This document shows positions 48,701 through 56,985 of a stretch of 56,985 bases of DNA, one piece after another. Each line of letters starts with the position of its first letter. Positions within the stretch are counted from its first letter, which is position 1. The stretch lies in contig JALDAN010000001.1 in assembly GCA_022729355.1 (NCBI GenBank), forward strand, positions 1 through 56,985, read 5' to 3'. The translations under genes and the position numbers were made by a program. The notes below the pieces were generated by a model that saw only the letters and a list, made by a program, of their open reading frames with translations, was not told the origin of the DNA and searched no databases. Origin of the DNA: Candidatus Nanohalarchaeota archaeon. GTDB lineage: Archaea > Nanohalarchaeota > Nanosalinia > Nanosalinales > Nanosalinaceae.

Positions 48701-51700
48701 GAAACATTCATACAGTTTGATGAATTCGACGAAGATCTAACAGGGTATGATGAAAGCGGTAGAGTCAATATTGAGGATGATAGAGCAGTTTTAGAATCTT
48801 CGGATTCAGAAGAAGCAAGTTTAACTTATACTGAATCAGATATAGAAAAGCCCTACAGATTGCATTCAGTAGCTAGAACCGATGAGACGTCTGATGAGAG
48901 CTCTATATCAACATATATTGATGGTGACGACTCAATATCGTATGAATTAATCAATAATATATTTAGCGAGAGCTTCAGTGGAGAGCAAACTTCAGAAGCC
49001 ATAAGTACTGAAGACTGGATTCGCTTGAATCAGTCAGTTACAGGAGAAGTACAAAGAGCCACTACCAATCCAGAAGACTCAGAATTAGAGATAAATGGTA
49101 GTTTACCAAAGGATGAAGTCCGACCTTTTGAGGCAAGTGTAGTAGGTTCTGAAGATACATTCAGCAGTCTAGAAGTCGAAAGATGGTTCACTACCAAGTA
49201 TGTAGAACCTGAACCTGTAGTTGTAGACAAAGAATCAGATAGACTATGGGACTTGACATTTAATGGGACTAGCAGAGGCGTTAACGTACCATTCAATTCA
49301 ACGATGGATATAGAGCTAAACTCTAGCGACTATAGCTCTAAAGTAGAGTTATTCATTAGTGATAATGAAGGCAATGACCAACTAGTATTAGACTCAGAGG
49401 GAGAAGGTGTAGAAGGAATATTGTTTAGAGATAATCTAGATGAAAACAGAACTTATCAAGTTACAGGAGAGGTTTTAGACTTCGATGAGTCGATAACTAG
49501 AGATATAACAGTAGGACAGAATAATGAATCACCAACAGTAGAACTGTTAGAAGAAGAGAGAGTAGACACAAACGAAATGAATTTCACATATCAGGTTAAA
49601 GACAACTATCAGGGACCAGTAGAGTGTAGTCTAGCGATTGATGGAGAGGTCAAAGATAGAAACAGGGTAAATCTGGATCTTGACTTCACATTCTATGAGG
49701 ATTATTTCTATACAACAGATGCTCCTCATGGAGAGAATGATTACAATATAAGCTGCACAGATAATTCAGATAATACAGGAAACTTTACCGGTACATACGT
49801 TGAAGATTTCAAAGCACCAGAGATAGAATTCACGGAATTTGAGGATGGACAAACTGTCTGGCAGACCCAGCCTAGAGTTGACTTTAGGTTCGAAGATGAT
49901 TTCAATGAAGACGTAGATTACACATTGTTCTACGGATACGATGAGTCAATGAATGTGACAGGAACTTTATCCAACGCCACTGAAGAAACAAGGATCCTCC
50001 CAGAATCCGAACAATTCGGAGTAATAGATTTGGTAATAGTAGCGACAGATGATCAAAACCAAACTAGAACCGAATCAGTTAGCATAGACCTGAATGAGCC
50101 TTTCGTAAACCTAACACGACCGGAGGAAGGTAATGAAGAGGAGAGGACAATTCACAATCCAGACTTGAGTGATAATACTGAAGTCTTACCAGAAACAAGA
50201 TATCAAACAGACACAAACGATACAACTTATGAATTCGAATACACAAATGACCAATTAACTACAGCACAGTGCCGTGTAGTAGTAGAAGGAGAAGTCAAAG
50301 AGAGTGGAGAATTCCCAACAAATGAAAAGAACGAAATGACGATAGTATTTGAAGAAGAAGATTACAACATGGATACTAGAGTAGAATGCGAAACAGAGGT
50401 TGGTACATTTGTTTCAGGAGAAACAGGCGAAAGGACGGTCGATTATGATGAAACAAAGCCTGAACTGGATCTACTTACCTTTGAACAAAGTAATGAAACA
50501 GAGTATGAATTAGATCAAGAACACAGCATCACAGCCGTTATCAGCGATAATTTAATGACGCCAGCTACAAGCGATACAGTGACAGATACCGGTCCAAGAA
50601 ATTCACGATGTAGTGTAAGTACAGAAACAGATCCTGCACCTTTCCTTGAAATTGAAGGAGAAGATAACCAAATTGCAATGCAACACAACTTTGACGGAGA
50701 TTCTAAGAATGAAACATTCGATATGGAAATGCAATCATTTGTATGGGATTGCCGTCCAATAACATCTATAGGAAGACCTGAAGCAAGGACCAGAAATGAA
50801 CCAAGTGATGAAGTTACAGCCAACTTTGGTGAATTAGCAGCAGGACAGTATGAATTCCAAATGTGGATTAGTGATGAAATAAACAATACCAAAGAAACTG
50901 AAACATTCATTTACGAAGTACAACAGGGAGATCCATCAATGAGTATCTCCTCAGACAATGAAAGAATCGGAAATAATGAAATAGTTAGAGACACAAGCCC
51001 TGAAATTAGATGTTCCGGCATAACAGACCAAGTGAGCACGACACTTGAAAGAAACGGACTTGAAATAGATTCCAGCGAAGATGGAACAGATAGGTTAACT
51101 GATAATCAAGAATTGCCTACAGGGACCTATGATTACGAATGCTATACAGAAGGAGATGAGAATTTCACAGCAGATAGTTCAACGAGAACTATAGAAGTAG
51201 TTGACGAGGTAGAGGACGAAATATATATTACAGCTAATGGAAGTGAAGGTAACAATACCTTTACTTTCGGAGAAACTGTAGAACTTGACATCAGTTCAAG
51301 GTCTGAGGAATTAGGAGACGAAGGAGCAAGCAGCGAACTATACTTTGAAGGTGAAGAAATAGTAACACCTACTGTTGATAGCTATGAAGTTGGAACTTAC
51401 GAATTATTCGGTAATTCAACAGGATCCTATAGATTCATAGAATCGAACGAGACAAGATTCTTAGAGATAGAAAGAGCCGACAATGATGTTGAATTGGACT
51501 CTAACTTTACGATTTCATCCACTAATATTGGAAATACTCCATTGTGTAGTGGTCCATACTGTGACAGTAGCGTAAATGTATTGAATACAGTTAGAGGTCA
51601 GTTCCCAGAGATACAATGTACATCAGAGACGGAATCTTCAAGAACAGAAGTAACTAGAGATGGAGATGTCGTTCATACAGGAACTGGCAATACTACTCAT

Positions 51701-54700
51701 GTAATTAATACTCCAGAAGTAGATGATGGATTTTACAGATACAACTGTGAAACAAATACAACTGAGAACTACAACTCAGCTTCCACAGGCATATATGTAG
51801 ACATAGAAGATTCACCACCTCCAACACAGCTAATAGAACCACCAGAAGATGATCCAAAGGGAGAACCTGTAGAAGCTGGTTTTGACTTTACTGAAGAAGA
51901 AATTGAAGTTAATCTAGAAAGAGGTAAAACAGTGGATGTAACATGTGATACAGAGGAAAATGTTCCAGCTACTCTGTTTTACGAAGGTGAAGAGGTCGGT
52001 AATAACGATGTCCAAACTTTCGATGAAACAGGATTCTACAATCACACCTGTATCACGGAGGAAACAGAAGACTTTAGAGCGACACAAAAGACAATAATCT
52101 GGGACGTAATGAACAAGACAAGTACAGAATTAGAGATAAATGGTAGTAACGATGATTTAACGGTAGATCAAGAAGAAGTAATAGAAATAGTTGGAGATGT
52201 TAACGTAAGCGATACAGTTATTGAATTAAGAGATAACAGAACCGAAGAAGAAAGATTCTGGACTGATGATGATGGTCTTGCTGAAATTAACCACAGCTTC
52301 ATGATTCCAGGAAAACACGAGATAACTGCCTTCAAACCAGAAGAAGATGATTACTTCCAGTCAGAAGATTCAAGTATAGTAACAGTGAACGATGTCACTC
52401 CGCCAGAAATAGAAATCGTTTCACCAGAGGACGGAGAAATATGGGAACACAATGATGGATCAGAATTTGGAATATTTAGTTCAAACGATTATGAAATAAG
52501 ATACAGGACAAGAGATTACTCAGAACACACTTGTGATGTGGAAGTAAATGGATCATCAGTAGGATCCAGCTCTTTCGGAATCAATGATGACTTTGAATTT
52601 AGAGATGTAACTCAAGTTGATAACAAAGAAAGTGGTGTTTACGATCTACAAATATTATGTGAAGATGAACACGGTAATAGAGCAAGTACCGATACAATCG
52701 AATTCAGATTAAATAGTGAAGACCCTGAAATAGAATTTAATGAAGATCAATTAGTCGAAACCGGAGATCCTTCACCAGAATTGAATGTAAGTACTGATGA
52801 TGTATCAAGTAGAGAGGCAACAATTGAAATATTTACTAACGCTAGTGTAGAAACACCTGATGAGGGAAGTCCGTTCCTAACAGGTGGTAACAAGGTAGCT
52901 GACACTACAAGAGACTTAGGAACACATTTAATAGAAACCGATCAAATATCTCCAGGACTATACAGCATGAGTGCAAGAGTTACTGATGAAGTAGGAAGAA
53001 CAGACTATGTCCACGACGCATTTGATTTACGAGTATTCGACAACGTGACTTTCATGCACCCAGAAGATTCAGGTGAAGACGAGATAACATATGTCAATAC
53101 AAATGAACCAGAACTTTCATTTAAATACTACTCAGAAGAAGCACCTCTCACATGCGACGTAAGGCTAAATGGGAATCTCAAACAAACATTTACAGATATT
53201 GAAGAAGATACTTGGGTAAACAATAGTATAACCGAATTCAGCAATCCAGAGTCAGAACTGGAGGAAGGAGAACATAGTTGGTCAGTTGAATGTGGTACGG
53301 AAAAAGACTCATTTATATATGAGTCAGACTTTGTAGTAGATACAACAGCACCTGAAATTGTCGCTACAAACGTAAATAGACCAAGTGGACACTCATTCAC
53401 AGGTCAACCTCTAAGATTTGATGCAACAGTAGTTGATAACAATGAAGTAGATGAAGTAAATATAACGGCAGCATCAAATCCATCCAAAGAACAGACTATG
53501 TTTTGTTCAGATAACCAGTGTACAGCAGAACTAGATTTAGAGCCTGGAGAATGGGAGTACAATTATACTGCATGTGATAAAGCAGGGAACTGTGAAACAA
53601 CACAAGTAACAAACTATGAAATACTTGACGAAAGTAACAGCATGAACCTGTTCGTAAACGATCAAGATGAAAATATAACCATAACAGAGGATCCTATAGT
53701 TAATTTAACAGGAGAATTTGTATCACCAAAAGAAGGAACAGTATTCTTCTATGTAAACGATAGCCTAGAAGCTAGATGTGAAAGAGGTGACGGTTGTACA
53801 GTAGAACAGAACTTCCTAAGACCAAACGGGACTTACAGAATAGACGCAGAATTCTTCAGTACAAGCGACTTTACAACCAATCAAGAAACACTATGGGTAA
53901 ATGCTCAAGTACCAGAGGACGCATTCGATGGATTTATATTTAGAAACCTTCCAGAAGGAAAGAATGCATCACTGAGATCAAATCCTGGATTAAGCGTGAT
54001 GGCTAATCCTGTACAAGACAATAGAGATGTAATGCTAGGAAATGGAGTAGGAGAAGACTTAGCAGCACAGCTCAATATACAGTTCGATAGAGATATAGAT
54101 GGATCAGACATAAACTTTGACACAAACCGATCAGCAAGAAAGTCCTACCTACACCTAGAAAGCGACTACCCTAGGGTACTCAGAAAAGATCTGCTAGTTC
54201 CACGAATAGAAAACACAGGAGAAGTAACAGTCTGTCCAGGAGCCACATCTTTAGAAGAAGTAGAGTTTGGATGTGAAGACGGATACAACATCTCAACAGG
54301 CGAAGAAGTAGGACCTACAACCATGGAAGAAGTGACCATTAACGGACAACAATACTATGAAGTGAGGGGAATTACAGGAACAGGAGGACAAGAAGTACCG
54401 TCAGAAACAGATGAAGATTCGCCAGCTGAAGCAAATGTAGAACAAATAGATATATTAGAGGAATACCAACAAGGCGCACCATCAACTTCTGACCTAGAAG
54501 TTGAAGGAGGAAATATAACAAGAGCAAACCTAACCACTACACAAGCCACTGACAACTGGGCAGGTATCTATGGAAATGCTACCGGAGATTTAGTTCTAGG
54601 AACAGAGGCCATATTCTTCCAGTGGGATGCAGTACCTCAACTAGTAATAGCGGCTAATCATACAGTAGAATGGGACAACTTACAAAGCGCTACTGTAGAA

Positions 54701-55012
54701 AATGTGGACCGATACTACGGAATGCAAGATCTATCAGATAGCGCTGAAAACACTCTTACAAACACAGAAGAATTTGAAATAGGTGATACACAAATAGAAA
54801 ATGCTCCAAGCATTCAAACATATAACGGAACCCGACAACCACTATGGATAACAGGAGCACTTAGCGATGGAGAAGAACCATTATTCGCAGGAGAAGCACT
54901 AGATAATGATAGCACAGCATTCACAGGAGAAATAGCTAACTACCAAATGATGGTCCCAACAGGAGGAGATGAACAGCTAATCCCTTACTCCATGTACATG
55001 ACTGTAGAATAA
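45701..55012 (+). CDS. Giant secreted/surface protein (3103 aa) with Ig-like repeats and a DUF2341-like domain
   Basis: Signal peptide; many Cys pairs and NxS/T sequons; W..RQEITV...NYQV...IRF...LNHW.E...FWV.IP...IFMYY segment. Confidence 0.85.
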   Translation: MSGRLVSRPKALMLVVSMFLVLPMALGTVTIGENTLIEQADNDVEIVAEEDFNVSELNVFDEATQFGTTNFSLIHTNEDIIHANMTEFTSDAGEGEALTSFRANGSSGEELDIQFSNLTRRMFYQIYIDGLGTFEESSGDEGDFSYSLSYDSDEFRDFELRAETQDFFEHQTNFPGDLTYGPDNSIQVDGSGQYQISEDDVDGGEVELILNDEIKETTSTDSDGEYSFDIFTPKEAGNHLFEVNMSQHHLYDSESREVTVDSLFLENSSVESLETDGQFIDIDEDGALNISTVAFRNLDGEIEQVDYLIFDSEGAPVQSTFEPWAQLENTTDRTETGIWFNETPSLSNKEGIGLGNYTIELDAQSTLDGQTINVREEDRPEFEVKIQDLDTGLEIDQQSYSVNNDDFVNITGQLIRQPDEDLINDTEVDINIYDNETGDGFNVEQITTNETGHFELDYEFAEEEGVRRLEVVAEDENGITGNDSEVFTVTELTVENIMYEDSEENHSYNISSLVSDSRGITNHECSLSVSDLDGNQVDYDMDVDAEHGAEDEALCETPYVSWENNSEWDPTEELEATVEVENGSAFAADTATRSLPNTPPTVTEFDINEIEKQYAADIEAIAEDPNKDEDEIVECNVYYYNNDEEYVVDGNLDTSHGEVDEAKCTFSIDSTLEGIGTNENVTTQVEFVDQQGATDISDNKTAELAADLNFEAELRTFVGGSPGGTIEFYEPGTDNVVNTIEGNDSTLTGTVARGTYDMNVKTLDSEVQFNDAEIDDDTSFLLEMAPNVSDRYDDEVSADWARTSTHIAVDDIDVQYNDATIRFDYSSLEERYVTPWECDEWNEDPTYRDCRENDFPRDSLDYEPAEDYNIDSEEQTVSLNTDVSEGAYVLASNRGWLQDWFDRQEITVEGRSEEVENYQVKFTVDTREEILDNNLDEECSSIRFYNTDQTEELNHWMEPGTCNSEETVFWVEIPFIPADAQRTIFMYYSDEQDEITSSGEETFIQFDEFDEDLTGYDESGRVNIEDDRAVLESSDSEEASLTYTESDIEKPYRLHSVARTDETSDESSISTYIDGDDSISYELINNIFSESFSGEQTSEAISTEDWIRLNQSVTGEVQRATTNPEDSELEINGSLPKDEVRPFEASVVGSEDTFSSLEVERWFTTKYVEPEPVVVDKESDRLWDLTFNGTSRGVNVPFNSTMDIELNSSDYSSKVELFISDNEGNDQLVLDSEGEGVEGILFRDNLDENRTYQVTGEVLDFDESITRDITVGQNNESPTVELLEEERVDTNEMNFTYQVKDNYQGPVECSLAIDGEVKDRNRVNLDLDFTFYEDYFYTTDAPHGENDYNISCTDNSDNTGNFTGTYVEDFKAPEIEFTEFEDGQTVWQTQPRVDFRFEDDFNEDVDYTLFYGYDESMNVTGTLSNATEETRILPESEQFGVIDLVIVATDDQNQTRTESVSIDLNEPFVNLTRPEEGNEEERTIHNPDLSDNTEVLPETRYQTDTNDTTYEFEYTNDQLTTAQCRVVVEGEVKESGEFPTNEKNEMTIVFEEEDYNMDTRVECETEVGTFVSGETGERTVDYDETKPELDLLTFEQSNETEYELDQEHSITAVISDNLMTPATSDTVTDTGPRNSRCSVSTETDPAPFLEIEGEDNQIAMQHNFDGDSKNETFDMEMQSFVWDCRPITSIGRPEARTRNEPSDEVTANFGELAAGQYEFQMWISDEINNTKETETFIYEVQQGDPSMSISSDNERIGNNEIVRDTSPEIRCSGITDQVSTTLERNGLEIDSSEDGTDRLTDNQELPTGTYDYECYTEGDENFTADSSTRTIEVVDEVEDEIYITANGSEGNNTFTFGETVELDISSRSEELGDEGASSELYFEGEEIVTPTVDSYEVGTYELFGNSTGSYRFIESNETRFLEIERADNDVELDSNFTISSTNIGNTPLCSGPYCDSSVNVLNTVRGQFPEIQCTSETESSRTEVTRDGDVVHTGTGNTTHVINTPEVDDGFYRYNCETNTTENYNSASTGIYVDIEDSPPPTQLIEPPEDDPKGEPVEAGFDFTEEEIEVNLERGKTVDVTCDTEENVPATLFYEGEEVGNNDVQTFDETGFYNHTCITEETEDFRATQKTIIWDVMNKTSTELEINGSNDDLTVDQEEVIEIVGDVNVSDTVIELRDNRTEEERFWTDDDGLAEINHSFMIPGKHEITAFKPEEDDYFQSEDSSIVTVNDVTPPEIEIVSPEDGEIWEHNDGSEFGIFSSNDYEIRYRTRDYSEHTCDVEVNGSSVGSSSFGINDDFEFRDVTQVDNKESGVYDLQILCEDEHGNRASTDTIEFRLNSEDPEIEFNEDQLVETGDPSPELNVSTDDVSSREATIEIFTNASVETPDEGSPFLTGGNKVADTTRDLGTHLIETDQISPGLYSMSARVTDEVGRTDYVHDAFDLRVFDNVTFMHPEDSGEDEITYVNTNEPELSFKYYSEEAPLTCDVRLNGNLKQTFTDIEEDTWVNNSITEFSNPESELEEGEHSWSVECGTEKDSFIYESDFVVDTTAPEIVATNVNRPSGHSFTGQPLRFDATVVDNNEVDEVNITAASNPSKEQTMFCSDNQCTAELDLEPGEWEYNYTACDKAGNCETTQVTNYEILDESNSMNLFVNDQDENITITEDPIVNLTGEFVSPKEGTVFFYVNDSLEARCERGDGCTVEQNFLRPNGTYRIDAEFFSTSDFTTNQETLWVNAQVPEDAFDGFIFRNLPEGKNASLRSNPGLSVMANPVQDNRDVMLGNGVGEDLAAQLNIQFDRDIDGSDINFDTNRSARKSYLHLESDYPRVLRKDLLVPRIENTGEVTVCPGATSLEEVEFGCEDGYNISTGEEVGPTTMEEVTINGQQYYEVRGITGTGGQEVPSETDEDSPAEANVEQIDILEEYQQGAPSTSDLEVEGGNITRANLTTTQATDNWAGIYGNATGDLVLGTEAIFFQWDAVPQLVIAANHTVEWDNLQSATVENVDRYYGMQDLSDSAENTLTNTEEFEIGDTQIENAPSIQTYNGTRQPLWITGALSDGEEPLFAGEALDNDSTAFTGEIANYQMMVPTGGDEQLIPYSMYMTVE

Positions 55013-55078
55013 GATTGCCCTCTCAATCTAGAACAACTCACAACCTTATTTTAATCTATTCAAACATTTCTCATTTAA

Positions 55079-55161
55079 GCCGGGATAGCCAAGTGGTCAA
55101 AGGCGACGGACTTAAGATCCGTTCCCGTAGGGGTTCCGGAGTTCAAATCTCCGTCCCGGCA
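55079..55161 (+). tRNA. tRNA-Leu(TAA)
   Basis: GCCGGGA/TCCCGGC acceptor; ACGGA-CTTAAGA-TCCGT; variable arm; A discriminator. Confidence 0.95.
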
Positions 55162-55168
55162 TCAAATC

Positions 55169-55513
55169 TTAGTTTCCTAGTTGAGAAAGTTCTTTCTGGA
55201 GACTCTGAAGCTCATTATGAATCTCATCAACAGAACTATTTGACTCAATATCTATATCATCTGTAGCCGGAATAGATGATTCCTGACCCTGAATCTCTGG
55301 CATTTCTACATCTATATTCTCCAAATTCTCATTTAATTCCTGAACATTACTGTACATCATATCTAGAGCCTGTTCTTTGATATCTCTGACGTCTTTCAGC
55401 ACCTTGGAGGCCTCGTTGATGTTTCGTATTACTCTTTCTATTGAGGAAAGATTGTTGAGTATTTCTTCGTGGCCGTCTACTCTTACGTACATCTGATCTT
55501 CTTCAGGTGCCAT
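55169..55513 (-). CDS. Hypothetical coiled-coil protein
   Basis: 114-aa helical acidic ORF. Confidence 0.65.
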   Translation of the reverse strand: MAPEEDQMYVRVDGHEEILNNLSSIERVIRNINEASKVLKDVRDIKEQALDMMYSNVQELNENLENIDVEMPEIQGQESSIPATDDIDIESNSSVDEIHNELQSLQKELSQLGN

Positions 55514-55597
55514 ACGTAATTAGTTGTTCTGCCTCCTATTAAAAATAACGAGTAAAAACAAGATGGAAAAATAATGGAGAAATGACGAAAGGCCTCT

Positions 55598-56107
55598 TTA
55601 GTCTTCTTGGTATCGGCCTTGATATGATTCTTGTGCCTCAGAGATTTTCTCGAAGACTATATGATTGACTCTTGCATTTTCCTTGATCTCAACTCCTTCA
55701 CTGTTCTGGACGATGAGTAGGAATTCGCTTCTGCCTTTGAATCCTGCATCCCAGACACCGTTCTCTATCGTGCAGCCCATACGGAGCAGTGAGCTACGCG
55801 GATACGCAAATGCGATGACGTCCTCTGGGAGATCAACTACTTCATTAGTTACGAGCTTGTATGCGCCGGGATCTAGACTCCACCAACCGTATTCCTCTCC
55901 TTCTTCTTTGGAGGCCTCTAGTTTTTCTGTCTCCGGGATTTGCCGTTCACTGTTGGAGAAATCTAATCTGCCTCTTTCCTTGAACCTGTGGACTTCCTTG
56001 ACTGTGAAGTCAAATCCGTTAGGTGTTAACTGTGTATCAAGATCGATGTATTCCTGTACAAGGCCTTCTTCAACAGCTTCCCTCAACTGTTCATCATTCA
56101 ATTTCAT
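55598..56107 (-). CDS. Archaeal dUTPase / dCTP deaminase family protein
   Basis: PNGFD, PRSSLLR, WDAGFKGR. Confidence 0.9.
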   Translation of the reverse strand: MKLNDEQLREAVEEGLVQEYIDLDTQLTPNGFDFTVKEVHRFKERGRLDFSNSERQIPETEKLEASKEEGEEYGWWSLDPGAYKLVTNEVVDLPEDVIAFAYPRSSLLRMGCTIENGVWDAGFKGRSEFLLIVQNSEGVEIKENARVNHIVFEKISEAQESYQGRYQED

Positions 56108-56164
56108 ACAAGTAACTAGTAGCCATGTGAAGCTGAAAAGATTAACTCAGCTTTCAGGTATTCA

Positions 56165-56722
56165 ATGAGGCCTGAAATCTTCTCGAAGATACTTCACCCT
56201 GTTATTGTGGTACCTGTTACAGGCCTCCTGTATCTATCGTTTACAGGTATCAGTGTATGGGAGACTACTTACTGGATAAGTATCTGGATAATGACAAGTA
56301 TGGTGCCGACAGTGGTATACGTATGGAGAACCGGCGATGAAAAAAGCCTTGATATAATATCTTCCATCGACAGAAGACCTGCCTATGGTGTAGGCCTGGC
56401 GACTGCGGTTGGTTCTACTCTGTTTTTGTACCTGCTTTCTGCTCCAGTACCGGTTATCACTGCCTGTCTGGTAGGCTTGGTGACGGCGTCTGCGTTTGCT
56501 GCGGTGAACTACTTCAGTAAGGTGAGTGTTCATACAGGAGCAACAACCGCATCAGGAACACTGCTTCTGACAGAATCCTTGTTAGGCCTTTTACTGCTTC
56601 TGCTTTCCCCACTTGTGGCATGGAGTAGAGTGAAGATGCAGAGGCACAGTAGCCAGGAAGTACTGGCGGGAGGCCTACTGGGAGTAACGTGTGTGTTGTT
56701 CGGTGTCGTTCTGTTTCTGTAG
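56165..56722 (+). CDS. PAP2-like membrane protein
   Basis: Multiple TM segments; KVSVH and WSRV...RHS..EV.AG. Confidence 0.7.
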   Translation: MRPEIFSKILHPVIVVPVTGLLYLSFTGISVWETTYWISIWIMTSMVPTVVYVWRTGDEKSLDIISSIDRRPAYGVGLATAVGSTLFLYLLSAPVPVITACLVGLVTASAFAAVNYFSKVSVHTGATTASGTLLLTESLLGLLLLLLSPLVAWSRVKMQRHSSQEVLAGGLLGVTCVLFGVVLFL

Positions 56723-56788
56723 GCTGTAGATTTTTCGGAAATGAGAAATAAAAACCTGTGTGCCTGTAACTGTACGTGTGAACTGAAA

Positions 56789-56985
56789 ATGATTGATAGA
56801 CAATATACTGCAGATGTTACCTCTGAAGATGATGGAGAGACTGTCTCAGTCGCTGGCTGGGCACATGAAATCCGTGATCTTGGAGGCCTCACTTTCGTCA
56901 TCCTGAGGGACAGGGAAGGCCAGATACAGGCGACTTTCAAGGAGGATGACGATGATGAACTATTCGAGAAATCACAGGAAATCGG
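56789..56985 (+). CDS. aspS: Aspartyl-tRNA synthetase, N-terminal part (truncated by window)
   Basis: Hand translation: MIDRQYT...[27 protein letters not shown]. Confidence 0.9.
   Translation, partial: MIDRQYTADVTSEDDGETVSVAGWAHEIRDLGGLTFVILRDREGQIQATFKEDDDDELFEKSQEI

Noticed and set aside
45701-55012. Labelling the giant protein as SPEARE
   Set aside because: No recognisable serine-protease or restriction-endonuclease motifs by eye

Overview
Archaeal chromosomal segment, most consistent with a nanohaloarchaeon (DPANN). The inference rests on a very acidic proteome at only moderate GC, dense gene packing and archaeal information-processing genes. Core genes: rps6e, aIF2-gamma, PIN, rpoE', spt4, rps24e, rps27ae, kae1, TsaC/Sua5, bud32; rps15, DHH/RecJ-like, rps3ae; EF-1alpha and rps10; rps13, rps4, rps11, rpoD; class I RNR (nrdB-nrdA); msrA, msrB; photolyase; TrkAH; two Kef-type antiporters; a MoxR/DUF58 cluster; partial aspS; five tRNAs (Lys-CTT, Ser-TGA, Gln-CTG, Gln-TTG, Leu-TAA). 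Main unusual signals: (1) the palindrome AGGCCT (often GAGGCCTC) is iterated about 4 times per kb in all reading frames and pairs into terminator-like hairpins, like HIP1 or DNA uptake sequences; (2) it is absent for about 9.8 kb across a 3103-aa secreted protein gene that has a tandemly duplicated promoter; (3) a cassette with an MscS-type channel fused to a papain-like domain, two RimK ATP-grasp genes and a DUF1611-like gene interrupts a conserved translation operon; (4) similar two-hairpin spacers carrying SD-led micro-ORFs bridge rps13/rps4 and rps4/rps11; (5) tandem NrdR-like boxes upstream of the RNR genes, an uncalled XRE regulator without a canonical start codon, a tRNA-Ser 3' duplication and a tRNA-Gln with C33. 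All counts and folds were made by eye; no searches were run.
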